Positions 13,296-27,371 of a stretch of 64,000 bases of DNA are shown one piece after another. The DNA is taken from positions 1-64,000 of the forward strand of contig ADNK01000095.1 in the NCBI GenBank assembly GCA_000320545.1. Reading direction: 5' to 3'. The first letter of the stretch is position 1; each line of letters starts with the position of its first letter. The translations under genes and the position numbers were made by a program. The DNA comes from Bigelowiella natans CCMP2755 (lineage: Eukaryota > Protista > Cercozoa). The notes under the pieces are model-generated. The model worked only from the letters and a program-made list of their open reading frames with translations. It was not told the DNA's origin and made no database searches.

Positions 13296-13623
13296 CGTCT
13301 CCTCCCTGCTGAGTAGTAGTACTAGTATACTAGGTAGTAGTAGTACTAGTAGTACAAGATCTAGATTCCTAGTAGTAAGTAGTTTTCCTAGTAGTAGTAG
13401 TAGTTTTCCTAGTAGTTGGATGCGAACGGAACTAACTAACGAACTAACTAACTGATCTATGTAGCTGATACATGTACTAGGAAGTTCCTAGTAGTAGATC
13501 TAGTAGATCTAGTAGGAATTAGAAAAAAACAATATTAGATCTACAGGTAATAATTCATGACAATAAATATCCCAGAGATTTCTCGGAGATATCCTACTAC
13601 TACCAAGGAGAGATGAACCGTTC

Positions 13624-14428
13624 ATGATGATTCTTTCTGCTCCTGCTTCCGGGATTGCGGGAGGATGGGGGGCATCCTCTTTACCACTCCTGTTTATCGC
13701 ATGTCTCAGGCTAGCCTCGACCGTAGCTGGCAGTAGGGTTCTGAATATTCCTCTCAAAAATCCACACGAAATCCTGTGCCAGAACAACACCATCGATCTC
13801 GTTATTCGCAGGAGCAGATTAACGATAAATGGCATCAGCTTCACGACACGATTGTAATATAATGCTGCTAAACAAGCTACTCGACTGAATGAAAGTGAAA
13901 GAGCTCAGAGATGTGATATGAGAGACTTGTTTAATTTTTACTAGATCCACCATGAAAGTCTTAATGTTTCTACCACCACCCTCATTTCAAATAATGTGTG
14001 TGTCAGGTATCATGATTCAGCTGGAACGGCTTACTTTCCGGGGCCCACTCTACGCATGAGGGCAGGAGATTCCTGCGGGATCCGTCTAATAAATGATCTT
14101 GAAGCCCAAACGCCGCACAGTGGCAGCACTTCCTGTCCTTTTCATGCGAACACTTACCACTGCCCAGACACTTCAAACTTGCACACCCATGGCTTGCACG
14201 TTGGGCCAACCGAGGACAACATCGACACTACCGTCAATCCTGGGGGGCAGAGCCACACGTATCGATATAACGTGCTTAGCACACATCTTATGGGAACCCA
14301 CTGGTATCATGCGCACAAGCACGGGAGTACGGCGCTGCAGGTCTCCGGGGGGCTTCATGGCGCTCTCCTTGTGGATCCCGCGGCCTCGTACCATCTCCCG
14401 AAAGACCTCGATGCCCTTTACAGCAGGG

Positions 14429-14463
<35 letters not shown>

Positions 14464-15801
14464 CCATCCGACATGAAAGTGATGGTCCTTTCGCACGTGT
14501 GGTTCGGTGCGAGCGACGAAGGTGACAGCCTCTTCTCTCTCCAGAGCTACAATGACCTTTCCCAAGAGTACGTGCAACAATCCATCCCCCCAAACAATAA
14601 TTCTACGGGAACATTCTACGTCGTCAATGGGCAGTATCAACCTACCGTGACTCAGTACGTGGGTGATGCTACGCTGTGGAGGCTTGTGCACCCCTCACGA
14701 GCACGTGTCATCGAAGTTACCGTGTATCCAGCGACTGCTTGTACAATACGTTTGTTGGCGCGAGACGGCATTTTTCATTCTCAGGGAAGCACTGGCAGCG
14801 GAGGGTACCTGAATCTAAACTCTATTCTTCTTGGTCAGGGGAACCGAGCCGATGTAGCAGTATGGTGCCACACTGTTGGTCACTACGTCGTGAATATCAC
14901 ACAGATGCCCGAGAATGACGAGTGTCTCGGCCATGGAGCAAGCAACCGTTTCGAGCAAGAGCTATTGTTCACGCTGAATGTTGTACAGCCGGAGGGGAAA
15001 GGACTACCACTTCGACGCCTTCCTCATGCCTCGTATAATACCCTCAAACTTCCTAATTACTTACGTGACCTCAGAAATACCCCTTCTGATCGAGTCCACT
15101 ACCCGATTTCCCCAAAAGGCAGAGGAAATGTTACTTTCATAAAGCTCGGGCATGGCGACACTTCGGAAGGTGGAGTCAACGGTATCTCATTTAGAGGATA
15201 CAATGCACTTGATGTGGAAAAATACATCGGAATAATGTCGGTGAATCACGCGTACAAGCTGAAGCTGATGGGGTCCCCAGGTAAGAACGGTCATCCATAC
15301 CACCATCATGTCAATTCTTTTCAGCTTCAGGCCGATGACAAGTGCCATGGCCAGTCTTTCCGGGCGGGGGAATGGAGAGACGTGACGTTTGGTCGCGGTG
15401 TTGAAATTCGATGGAGGAATGACCGGTATTTTGGAGAAATAATGTTGCATTGCCACATGCTCGAGCACGAGGACAAGGGTATGATGTCCCTATACCGTGT
15501 CTGCAATGAGAACGAAACTACGGGGGTCTGCGCACTTGTTTCTCAAAAACGGCAGCATCAGGCTCTGGGTTCTTCATCTACAACAGAATTGGGTAATAAG
15601 CGGAGGGCTCACTTAGCAGCAGAAGATCCATGGCAGCTGATGATTCTACTATTTGCTACTACCGCATGTTGGGGCATTGGACTCGTCTCATTTATTTGGA
15701 GACAGGTATTTGATAAATGTGTTGTGAGGAAAGCTTCTCAAGAGAGCAACCAAGGCCGATATGGAAGCTTCGGCCACAATCTGAATTTTGAAAGCTCTTA
15801 G
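13624..15801 (+). CDS. Three-domain multicopper oxidase (laccase/CueO-like) with signal peptide and C-terminal TM helix; one intron 13854-14006
   Basis: All four Cu-binding motifs are present: HTHG, WYHAH, HPYHHH and HCHMLEHEDKGMM (Met axial ligand). Exon 1 ...SFTTRL joins YHDSAG...PGPTLR via a GT-AG intron. Hydrophobic stretch WQLMILLFATTACWGIGLVSFIW lies near the C-terminus. Confidence 0.9.
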
Positions 15802-16739
15802 TAGGTAGACTACCTACGATCAGCCTATAAACCTAGATAATCCTGCAGACTTTCGCAAGTGCCCTGCAGTTCTCGAATTAAAAAAATAGAATGAAGTTTT
15901 CTCCACGCACCGCGTGCGGCACATAGATTTTATGACTCTATGCGTATACCACTGCGTCAAGCACATGGAATAGCACATCGATCCATCATTTTGCTAAAAT
16001 TCAGATTCATGTGTATTGCAAACTCACATTGAAGCGCAGTTGCATGTATGTGTGGAAATGAATGATCATGTGTGCATGAGAAAATGTACACACAAAGCAT
16101 TGGCACAGATGTCTCACGCGCGCATGCACGCACGTAGACTTCATGTCTTCAGAGCGGGTGTCATGTCGCTCATTGTGATGTGTGGTTAGCAGCTAGGTAC
16201 CGCCACATCGCCGCTGTGTGCAGCCGCGTTTGTGTTGTGACTGCCAGACATCCAAGTGCATGTTTGTGAGCTTATTGTTGCTATTGTCATTGCAATGCAG
16301 CACGTGCGTCATGTGATATATGAGGTTTTGTCTGCAGCTTCGATCGGACGGCTTGCTTTTGGCCAACCCCGGTGCTGTGCATGTAGCTAGCTCAACTGCC
16401 GAGTCGGGTACGTCACGATGATCAATGTTACCCTATGCAATGCTCGTCGCTCGATCGAGTGCATAGGTGAATCACACCATCACAATTTTATGTGGTTATA
16501 TTAAGTCGTTACATCATCATTTTGCAAGAAAATGTGCATCCGCATATGCATGTACGCCATCGTCTATCGGCGTGATCGTGGATCACAACCAACCTTTCGC
16601 TCTAGGAAAATGATCGCCACGAGAAGACATGGAGTTTGCATGATGAAGAACAAGATGCTATCATGATGTGTTTTGCATGAGATGGATTAAGAAACACACC
16701 ATTTCGATCAACTTCCCGATCTACAAAGCTCTTATTTAT

Positions 16740-19196
16740 TCAGTCCACGGCGACTTGGTTTCCCTTGATTGTAAAATTCAGATTTCGAAAGGAGCCTGCA
16801 ATTGCATCAAACAAACAATCATTCATCGGAAAAACTCTGATGATGATGAAGAATATACACATGAAATCACCTCAAGAAAAAATAACATATAACCTTGAAA
16901 GTTCTCCTTCCTCGGAGACAGAGGATTGAGTGTAATACTTGTTATTACTATGAACCAATCCTTCAGTATCACTATTATATTCGTTGCTATCATATCCAGC
17001 TGATTAATAAGTAATAAGTGTGAAAATTTAGATGTTGACTCAATAATAAATAAATAAATACGATACATCGAGAAAGTCTTTGGTAAGGAAAACAATGAAG
17101 AATAAACATAGCAGTGCAAGCAATAACATTGTACATAGACAACTGCTGCTGCTGCTGTAGCAATCGAACCAGCGTTTGTTGTTAAGAAATCAATTCCGTC
17201 GTATCCTCGTTCTTTAAGTGCAGGTGTCGGTCTTTCATACCGAGCACTCTCCTCCTCCGTTGAATCTGAAATAGAAGAAGGAGTATCATATCATGAAGAG
17301 AAGAAGAAGAAGAAGAAGAAGAAGAAGAAGAAGAGAGGATAGGAGAGGAGTGTTGGATCTTGAAGAACAACCCCCACAGTATGTAGATGACTACAATCCA
17401 ATTTATCAGCATTCATCCACCATTCATTATTACTATTATAATATATTTGTTTCTACAACTGTGAGATAATGTGGGAAATATACTACCTAGAGCAATATAT
17501 AAAAAAGTGATAATTTAATCATAGTGATAGAATTAATCTACACCTTGACTGCTTTCTTTTTTTCTCCTATTATTCACGATGATGTCATTACGATCATCAT
17601 CATAATCGTCCGGTGATATCATCTTCTTATGATGACGATTATCGACAAAGTATTCCAAATTTCTTAGAGGCTTAGGCTCTTCTTGACTCCAAAAAATTCT
17701 CTCAACATTGCTATAATTTTTGTTTCCTGTAATTAATGAATTTAGATGAATGAAAACATGAGGCTGCTAGATGATAAAGAAAGATGAAATACTACAATGG
17801 AAAGATGTTATTATCATTTTATTTTATTATTAATACTTAGATAAATAGTGTAATCTAAATTCTAAGATAGAAGAAGAACCATAGTTGTTAAAAATCTTGT
17901 ATTTGTCGGTCTCCATCCAAGACTGTGATGATGATATTGCTTTTGCATGAGTAGTCGTTGATCCCGCAGCTGTAGCCTTCTTCTTACTCCTGTGCATTAC
18001 TAAATAGCAGCGTTAAGTTGTAAAACACATATAATTTGTTTTTGTTCAGCATCTCTTCAAAATATAGAATACTAAAACAAATGACCTCTTTCCTTGCTAT
18101 TGACCCCACGTTGTTGCATCTTTGCCTCCTAAATATGAATGATTATCGATGAAACCATCAGAACTATAACATGAGTAAACTACTATTTATATCAAGACAG
18201 ATTACGTACATAATAATCATATTTATTATCTTCGTCATCATCATCATCATGATCATCATCATTATTTTTCTAATTTCATATCCTAGCTGCAATTCGCTGA
18301 GTATTTCTTCGTAGCAAATACTTGTTCCTCTAGACCGAACATATGCATATATTTCTTCTTTTTTTCCCCTCCATTATTATTATCACTACATTCAGTGGAG
18401 GGCCGTTTTGCAGTATTCTGTCGATTTTGCGGCTAACAATTTCCTATTCAACCGAGCAAACATTATATTATATGATATCCCAACAAGAGATGACACCATA
18501 GCATTGTTAATATAGCAGTATCACATTGTGTAAGAGTGTGGAGGAGTACGTCGGGACAATGATGAGAATGATGATGATAATAATAATGATGATGGTGATG
18601 ATAGTAATGGGTTTTGTAGATAACAATAGAAATACTCAGCTAACTTACATAAAAAATGAAAAACCGCTATTTATTAAACCATGTACATACATAGTGCAGG
18701 GCCCATTTTTTCTTTCGAAATTCTTCATCCTGTTTGTTGTCTTTCTTCCGCTGTTTCCTAGGAGAATCAAATAAGATAGAACGTACTTTTTTAATTCGGC
18801 AAATCAAGAATCTTAGAAGTCAAAAGATAATTTATTAATGATTATTGACCTTTGCTTTTGTAGTAATACCCTATTATCCCTCCCTAGGTTGACTTTCAAA
18901 ACATATAAGAACAAATTACTACTTTGAGGAGGAGGATGAGGAGGAGGAGGAGGAGGAGGAGGAGGAGGAGGAGAGGGAGGAAGAACATAGTATTATATGT
19001 GTATATATATGTATATATGTGTACTGTCAGTCACACAATATCCTATTACATAATATTACTTTTGTGAGTAATACTACCATTTTGGTCTCCTAATCCTTGA
19101 GTTTCAATAAAATCAAGAAAACCAGAGCTTTCTTCTTCCCTGAAATAGATGGTATTGTGAAACAATTATGAATTTTGATGGTACCAGTCTACTAAA

Positions 19197-19245
<49 letters not shown>

Positions 19246-19545
19246 ATTTTGATATGGTGAGGTAAACAAACAGAAACTGCGACTGGAATGTAGGTTCATT
19301 GGTGAGAAATGAAGAATATTGAAGTATTTATATTTCATCAACTTTTCATCACAATTTTTCCATTGATCTAAAACCAATTCCAGCAATCTGTGACGAATGA
19401 CAATGACTGAACTTCACAAGGTTCTTAATAATAGTAATTAAATATCACCCTTGCTCATTCTCTTCTCCATTAAACGACGATCTTGGTATCGACATGCTAT
19501 TTTGTTTTCTGTTCTCTTCTGGATATAGCTGCAATAGAAGAAGAA

Positions 19546-19577
<32 letters not shown>

Positions 19578-20295
19578 AAAAGACGGAGAAAAAAGCAGAT
19601 TTTGTGTCATCATCATATAATATGTCATTATTCAAAGGAAAGTTGAAATTATTAATTATTACGATATTAATTCCTTAATATATATTATGTGTAGAATCTT
19701 GATAAATTAAGGATGAAATTTGGATTATATGTTCTTTTATCAATTTGGAATCCTGGTTTTTGACAAATCTGCACACACACATATACATAAACATACACAT
19801 ACACATAGTGAAATTTAAGTGTTTACTACTACCTACCTACCTAACTACCTACCTTACTATTTTGAGGATCAAACATCCCTGATTATAATAGTTATAATCA
19901 ATGGTAGGCAAGAAATTGATAAAGAAGAAGAGGGACGCAACAAGATATGACAAAGAAGAATATAAAGAACGACAAGGGGGGGGAGGGGGGGGGGTAACCA
20001 AGCATGAATGGATGATGGAGGAGATATTATTGAAAGAACAGGAGGAAGGGAGAACAAAATGGGAGATTGTTCTACAAGCAGCAGCAGCAATAGCAGAAAG
20101 AATGCATAAATACAACGAACAAATACTAAGATTATTATACAGCCAGCAGCATCAGAAAGAATGTATAAAAGAGAGAACTAAAAGAATAACCTTCCCATAG
20201 ATCTGTGGATATCATATTCTCCCATTCATCCCCCTGCTGTTGTTTCTGTTTTCTTTGCTGCTGGTACAGTACAATCATGCGTGCGTGATTATATT

Positions 20296-20332
<37 letters not shown>

Positions 20333-22439
20333 AGGATTTTATGTATTTATGGATGGTGCATACATATTAATAATCACGTGTTTTACTCATTGTATGTGTG
20401 CATCTAAGCTAGCAAACACACGCTGCATAGGGTTGTTATGGGCGCCTTTTGTTAATCTCTCACTTCGTAAAGAAAGAAAAACAACATGTGAGACAATTCA
20501 GCTATGTAGTTCTCTCCGACAAAACACATGTTTTTTCCCATTTAGCCATCATATTAGCCAGCAGCACTGGTCTAGCGACGAAAATTGACGATGACTTTCG
20601 TATTTATAGAATATATTATCTTATATCTTATATCTTAATAATGCAGCATGTTTCAAAGTGTTGGTGGTGGAGATAAACGTAGAGGAAGCAGCAGCAGCAG
20701 CAGTAGTAGTAGTACTAGTAGTAATAGTGGTAGTAGCCTGCGTTGTTGTTGTTGTTGTTGTTGTTGTTGTTACCGTTGCTGTTGTAGAACAATTTTCCCT
20801 TTGGAATTTCCTCCTACCCCTCCCCCGACTGATGCTATGACCAAGAGTATCATCATCATCACCAATTTTGAAATCAACTAATTCCAACGGCTGTGGCTCG
20901 AAGGCGTGGAACTCCCTAATGTTTATTATGTATGTTAAATTTGATTGACTAATTCTTCATTGTTATGTTATTACCGGCTGAGAATAAAATCAGTCTCAGT
21001 GCTTAACGTCGTTGAGGATGACGACGACCTAAGTAAGAAGTAGGTGGTGGTTTAAGAAGAGAGAGAAAGAAGATACAGGTGGTGATTCAAGAAGAGAGAG
21101 AAAGAAGATACAGGTGGTGATTCAAGAAGAGAGAGAAAGAAGATACAGGTGGTGATTCAAGAAGAGAGAGAAAGAAGATACAGGTGGTGATTCAAGAAGA
21201 GAGAGAAAGAAGATACAGGTGGTGATTCAAGAAGAGAGAGAAAGAAGATACACACCAATGTTCACAAAGTAAAGAAAATAAAGAAAGATGATCCTCAAGA
21301 AGAAGGGAAAACATTATAAGCTTGCATCTTGTTGTTATTGCAGCGAATCCTCAATAATACGTACCATTCATTGCTCTACACAACAAATTATTACCCTTCT
21401 TTCGCCTTCTTCTGCCTTCGTTTCTTCTTAAATTCTTCGAACCTTCTCTTCATCAAGCCCACTTTTTGAATCAAAATAATAAAAAGCAAATAATAAATGC
21501 GGAATGAACGGTAGGAGGAGGAGGAGGAGGAGGAGGAGGAGGAGGAGGAGGAGGAGGAGGAGGAGGAGGAGGAGGAGGAGGGGGAGGAGGAGGAGAAGGA
21601 CGTGGAGAATCTTGACTTGACTTGAACGAAGTCATCATAAAATCTTTTCTTTTTTTATTCTTAGAATCATCTTCTCCATCCCATAATTCAGCTTCTTCTT
21701 CTTTTCATGTCATCGATGTCGTCGCCATATATGTTAGTGGTCCCCTACGTGAGTCGTCGTCATCATCATCATCATCATCCTCTTCTGTCTCTTCTGACGA
21801 GGCAATAGTTCTTCCTCCTATGGTGTTGCCGCCTCCCCCTCCTCTTTTGCTGCCATAAGTATAATAAGGTTTTTTGTGTTCCTCTTTCTCGCCGCTAATT
21901 TGGTCGTCAGCGCATGGTCCTCCCCCCTCCCCTCTTCCCCCATCATTATCCGAATGGTAGTAATTCTGCTGATTCAATAATGATGGTGATAAATGCGATA
22001 AGACGATGGTGATAGTTTGGAGCAGCACGTGGTGTGAATAAATGCTAGCATGAGCTTACATTTTAAGATTAGTAACCTTGTCATATCTCAGTTTTCTATC
22101 TCCCCCCCCTGACAAAGCTGCCTTTTTCTTTTGATCATACACCATCGTATATCCTCCTCCACCACTTCTGACGGTTTCGCAGCAGAATGAGTAGCCGTGT
22201 GTATAGAAGAAAATTGACTTCCTTTTTTCTGATATGGGAGAGGATATCAGCACCAGCAGGAGGAGTAGTAGCAACACCAGCAAACGCAGCAGCAAAATTG
22301 CAAGATTTTGGGCATGGATGAAAAGCAACAGAGAAACTGGCCAAAAATGTGAATGTTGATAACACTTGTACTGTAGACAGGAAATAAATGTAGAAAGAGG
22401 AGCAATGGTGGCGCAACAATAATACCACTTAGTAGACAT
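16740..22439 (-). CDS. Large multi-exon hypothetical protein, low complexity, hydrophobic N-terminus
   Basis: Minus-strand GT-AG bounded open segments, e.g. EFHAFEPQPLELVDF, RKQRKKDNKQDEEFRKKKWALHY|EIVSRKIDRILQNGPPLN, and VFPMNDCLFDAIAGSFRNLNFTIKGNQVAVD*. Several junctions are unresolved and no domain was recognised. Confidence 0.4.
21044..21252. repeat. Minisatellite, 6 x 35 bp
   Basis: Unit gtggtgattcaagaagagagagaaagaagatacag starts at 21044 (variant), 21079, 21114, 21149, 21184 and 21219, head-to-tail with no spacers. Confidence 0.95.
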
Positions 22440-22585
22440 TAATAGTGGCAATTATAAATCTCGGAAAGATAGGATTTAGTGATTGTTATGGCAGCTAGAA
22501 AGGAGGAGGAGCAATCGACTGCGGTAGTGGTAGTAGTAGTAGTTCTTGCTCTCTCTCTCTCTCTCTCTCAGCAGCAGCAGCGTCT

Positions 22586-22991
22586 ATGGAGTCGCCAATA
22601 GTTTTTTACACTTTTTTGGAAGGAAAACTTGTCGCACCACTGAATCCTCCTCTTACTGTCGTATACCTAAACTTTTAAATTAATTTTGCGCCTCAAATTA
22701 ATTTGAATTTAACTCGTTCAAAGTTTTACACGTTCTACCCGCCCCCGTATACGAAAGCCATGGATACAAAGAATCTGCTAGTTGCAAAAAACGTTTGAGA
22801 GAGGAGGAAGACATAGACATAATCTGGGGAGAATATGCAACGACGTGGCCGTTTGCATTTTCTCCTTGCACACATACTCTGTGGATATCTTTCTATTGGT
22901 GACTCGTTGTCCAGAGTGGAGCAGCAGCATCGTCATGGTAATTTGCAATCTAGAAACAAATACTTATTATTATTATTATTATTATTATTAT

Positions 22992-23026
<35 letters not shown>

Positions 23027-23087
23027 CACATAGAATAACGACATTACTAGATTGGATAAAGTTGTTCAAATGATTCACACATACATA

Positions 23088-23164
<77 letters not shown>

Positions 23165-23254
23165 TATAATTCCCCAACATTACTCAACATATTTACTCAA
23201 CCAATATTTCGTTTTACATGTATATGTATATGTATAATGATTCACACGTACATA

Positions 23255-23290
<36 letters not shown>

Positions 23291-23332
23291 ATTTACTCAA
23301 CCAATATTTCGTTTTACATATATATATAATAT

Positions 23333-23380
<48 letters not shown>

Positions 23381-23974
23381 CATATTTCTCAATTATTCAG
23401 AACAAGCTTGGGTTTCTGATGGCGTCAGCGCACAGATAGCGTTCTCTCCAATTATCGAAGATGACGAGCCTTCTGAGTCGTTGTCTAACCTTTCTTCTGT
23501 TTCTTCTATTTCATCTTCTTCTTCTCGAAGCTACCACCACCACCACAATAATAATGATAAAGGGGTGATGAGTAATTACTCTTCTAAAGGGGGGGGGGGA
23601 GTGCCGAGCAGTAGCAGGTTACCGCAGGAGGTGGTACTAAAAGATGATGATAGTTATAACAATCATAATGATTATGGCGATGATGATCGTCACAATCGCC
23701 AGCAGCAGCATACTCGTTTTAAATTTGTATCTGTTCATTACGATGATGCCAAGGACAAAAGGAAACAAGGTGTAATTACCAGCCTGGGAAATAATCACCG
23801 TGCTACTACTACTACTACTACTACTAATTCTACAACTATCGAAAGCAGCAGCATCAATAATAATGGACGGGGGAGAGGGAGAGGTGGTGGAGAACTCCAT
23901 TATCCTCATCCCTCTACTACACCCAATCATCATCATAGTAATCATAAGGTTGATGGTAATGTTCATCATTCCTC

Positions 23975-24013
<39 letters not shown>

Positions 24014-26160
24014 TCCCAAACCATCCTCTCTTTCATCTTATGATGGCGCAAATGAGACAACAATGAATTCTGCATCATCCTCATCATCCCCCTCTCGATT
24101 GGGAACAAAAACCGATAACAGTGCTAGTGGAAAACAAAAAAAGTTGGGTGTTGGTAAAGCAAGGGAAACAGTAGGAAAAGAGAACAATAATGGCGGCAGG
24201 ATAACAAGTCACCCAGTCTTCTCGTCACCACCTCCCCTTGCCTGGGAAAATAATAACACGTCATTAGTACCATTGATAAATACAGCGTCATCAGCATCAT
24301 CTAATGGGTCTTCTTCTATTTCTTCTTCTTCGCAATCACTACCTCCCATTCAACAATCAGAATTTTTGTTTGACGATATCATCAAATTGAGCACCATGGC
24401 CAGTAGTAGTGGTAGTAGTAGTAGCAGCAGTAGCAGTAGCAGTACAAAAAATATTTATGAAAACAAGAAAACATCCTACAAAGAGTCTACGAACGCATCA
24501 GTAATAGATCCAGCAGCAATAGCAAAAACAAGGAAGAACATGAGGCAAACCAACGACGCTACACTAAAGAATTCAAAGGACAAGAACAGCAGCAGCAGCA
24601 GCAGCATTGAAAGGGGTGGAGGAGGAAGATCAGGAGAAAAAATGTTATTACCGCCTCAAACTCGTCATGGAGGGGAAATCAATTCCGAGTAGTGCTTGCT
24701 AGTGTATAATAGTACCGACTAACAGCGTATTATCACATATCAATTCGCGTCTACACAAGTGTACGTGTGTGTATATGTGTATTTTCCCTTCTTCTGATGA
24801 CTACTTTCTCCTTTCTCTTCATGTTTCCTCTCCTCTACCTCATATCAAGTACATCAATGATTATAGACTATTTTTGCTACTTCATTAACCATCTTCGTGA
24901 CGCATTTTTCTTCTCGTTATTACTAATATTATTATTAATGTTATTATTATTATAAAATAGGTTTTGGGTCATAACGTCTGTATTCGCCTCCACTCACAAA
25001 GCCGCTATATCTGATAACTTCTTCACGTTCCGAGACGCTATCAAGAGGCAAGGAGCGCAACTTTGTGTTACCCAGATAGCATATGATAATTCGAGTTATC
25101 TTCTTGGGGATGATGATGCCGATATTGTCAAGAGCTTTCGAGGGTCTCGAGAGATGCATTTAATGTGGCAGAAAGAGCGATTGCTCAATCAAGCACTTGA
25201 TCTGTTACCGAAAACTGCCAAATACGTTGCTTGGGTATTCCTACAACAACAACAACAACCACAACAAATACTACTACTACTACTACTACTACTACTACCT
25301 AAATTCAGCTGCTACCTAGCTTATTAAGGAGGGGAGATACTAGTTATAGATTCTTAAGTAGAAGAACACTATTGTCAATTAATAATTGATCTTGATCATT
25401 TTTTTAACGAATAATACGATACGAAACTATGGTCTGCTACTACATTACTACATCATGACAAAATGATGATGAAAATGGTGGCTTTTACTGTTTGAAGATG
25501 ATAATACTAGCTACATTCCAATCATCCAGCTATGATCGTTATCACCATCATCATCATCATCATCATCATGATTTTTAAAGCTGCTGTACTTTGCAACAAC
25601 ACATTAGTAGCAGTATTACCAATTGCTATCGTCGTTACTGCTACTACTATTCGCACTATTTGTACTATTTTCATAGTGATTTAACAATACCTACTACTAC
25701 TACTACTACTACTACTACACTACTACTTTTACAATTCCTAGGTGGATGCTGATGTAGTGTTCGTAGACGATAACTGGATCAAAAAGACAATCTTTGCACT
25801 CAAACAAAAACCTATTATCCAGTTATTTTCTGAGGTAGCAGAATGTTTTTTATACAGCACGCTCACTTATTATAGTAATATAATGGTAACAACATGATTG
25901 ATACAATATTTATTAAATGATTTACAGACAAACCTCCACACGCACACACACACATACATGATTTAATTGGCACGAACTTAGCAATATACGAATTACCACA
26001 AGCACCATCACTAAAAACTATTATTATTACATCTATTTCAATGTTGATTATGTTTTTATAATAACTCTCTCCTTCTAGGTTCGATATTTAAGCAAAGAAC
26101 AAACAAATCATCTTCGAGATGCAATAAAAAAGGCTTCAACTATTATTCGGCCTCTTGACT

Positions 26161-26194
<34 letters not shown>

Positions 26195-26830
26195 AGATGA
26201 CGTAGAAGTAGTCGATGATGCAACAAGCCGTCATAAAATGAATGGCAGCAGTAGTAGTATGACTAGCACAAACACTCACACACCATCGAGCAAGAACAAC
26301 AACAACAACAACAGCATATATACTGCTGCTGCTGCTGCTGCTACAAGTATTCGACCTGCTTCGAAAGCTTCCTCACCCCATCCATCCTCCTCCTCCTCCT
26401 CCTCATCATCATCTTCATCATCATTTCCCAATCTGCATCATATCCATGCTCCGAAGTCTACATCATACTTAGCGGTCGGTGGATAATGTGCGTGTACATA
26501 TATGTCGGTTTCTTCCATCATCGTTATAGTGTTACAAATTAGATTAAAATTTACAAAAATGATGAGGATATTGTTGACGATGATGATGATGATGATGATG
26601 ATGATGAAAGCTACGAATTCATGCTCTACCGATCTTACTTTCGATATCATCATCATCTTCTTCTTCTTCTTCATCATCTTCATCCATCATCATCGTCATC
26701 ATATTGAGAATCATCCTCACTAACGAATCAATGCCCTAACCCCTTAATAATTGCTACCACTACACTACTACCACTACTACTACGACTACTACTATTACTA
26801 CTACTACTACTAACTACGCAACTACCACTA

Positions 26831-26866
<36 letters not shown>

Positions 26867-27327
26867 ACTACGCACCCCTTCTTCATAGGACATTCGCAAG
26901 AGACCGAATGTAACAACTCGGGTTGATCTAAGAATGGGGCTGGCATGGGCGGCTAGGAAAGAGCTCATCCAAGCAGTAATAAAAATTTACGTGTTAGTCA
27001 CAAGAGATTATCCAAGCAGTAGTTATAATTTATATATTCGTTACTATTGATGATCAAGATAGATATGTGCAATAATGTACTACTACTTCTTCTTCTTCAT
27101 CTTGTTCTTTTGAAAGAATAGTAGCTACCACTTACTGAACATCACAAGGATTCACTAGTTGAATGTCCAAATATGAAGAAGAAGACGAAGAAGAAAAAGA
27201 ATAAGAGGAAAAAGAAGAAGAAAATGACATCATCAAACTACTGCCACCCCCTCATACACACACATTTACATACATACATATATACATACACACACATTTA
27301 CATACATACATACATATGTGTGTATGT

Positions 27328-27371
<44 letters not shown>

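Noticed and set aside
21044-21252. 35-bp repeat array as a CRISPR, or as stacked GT...CAG mini-introns
   Set aside because: There are no spacers and no cas genes, the context is eukaryotic, and the host gene is on the opposite strand.
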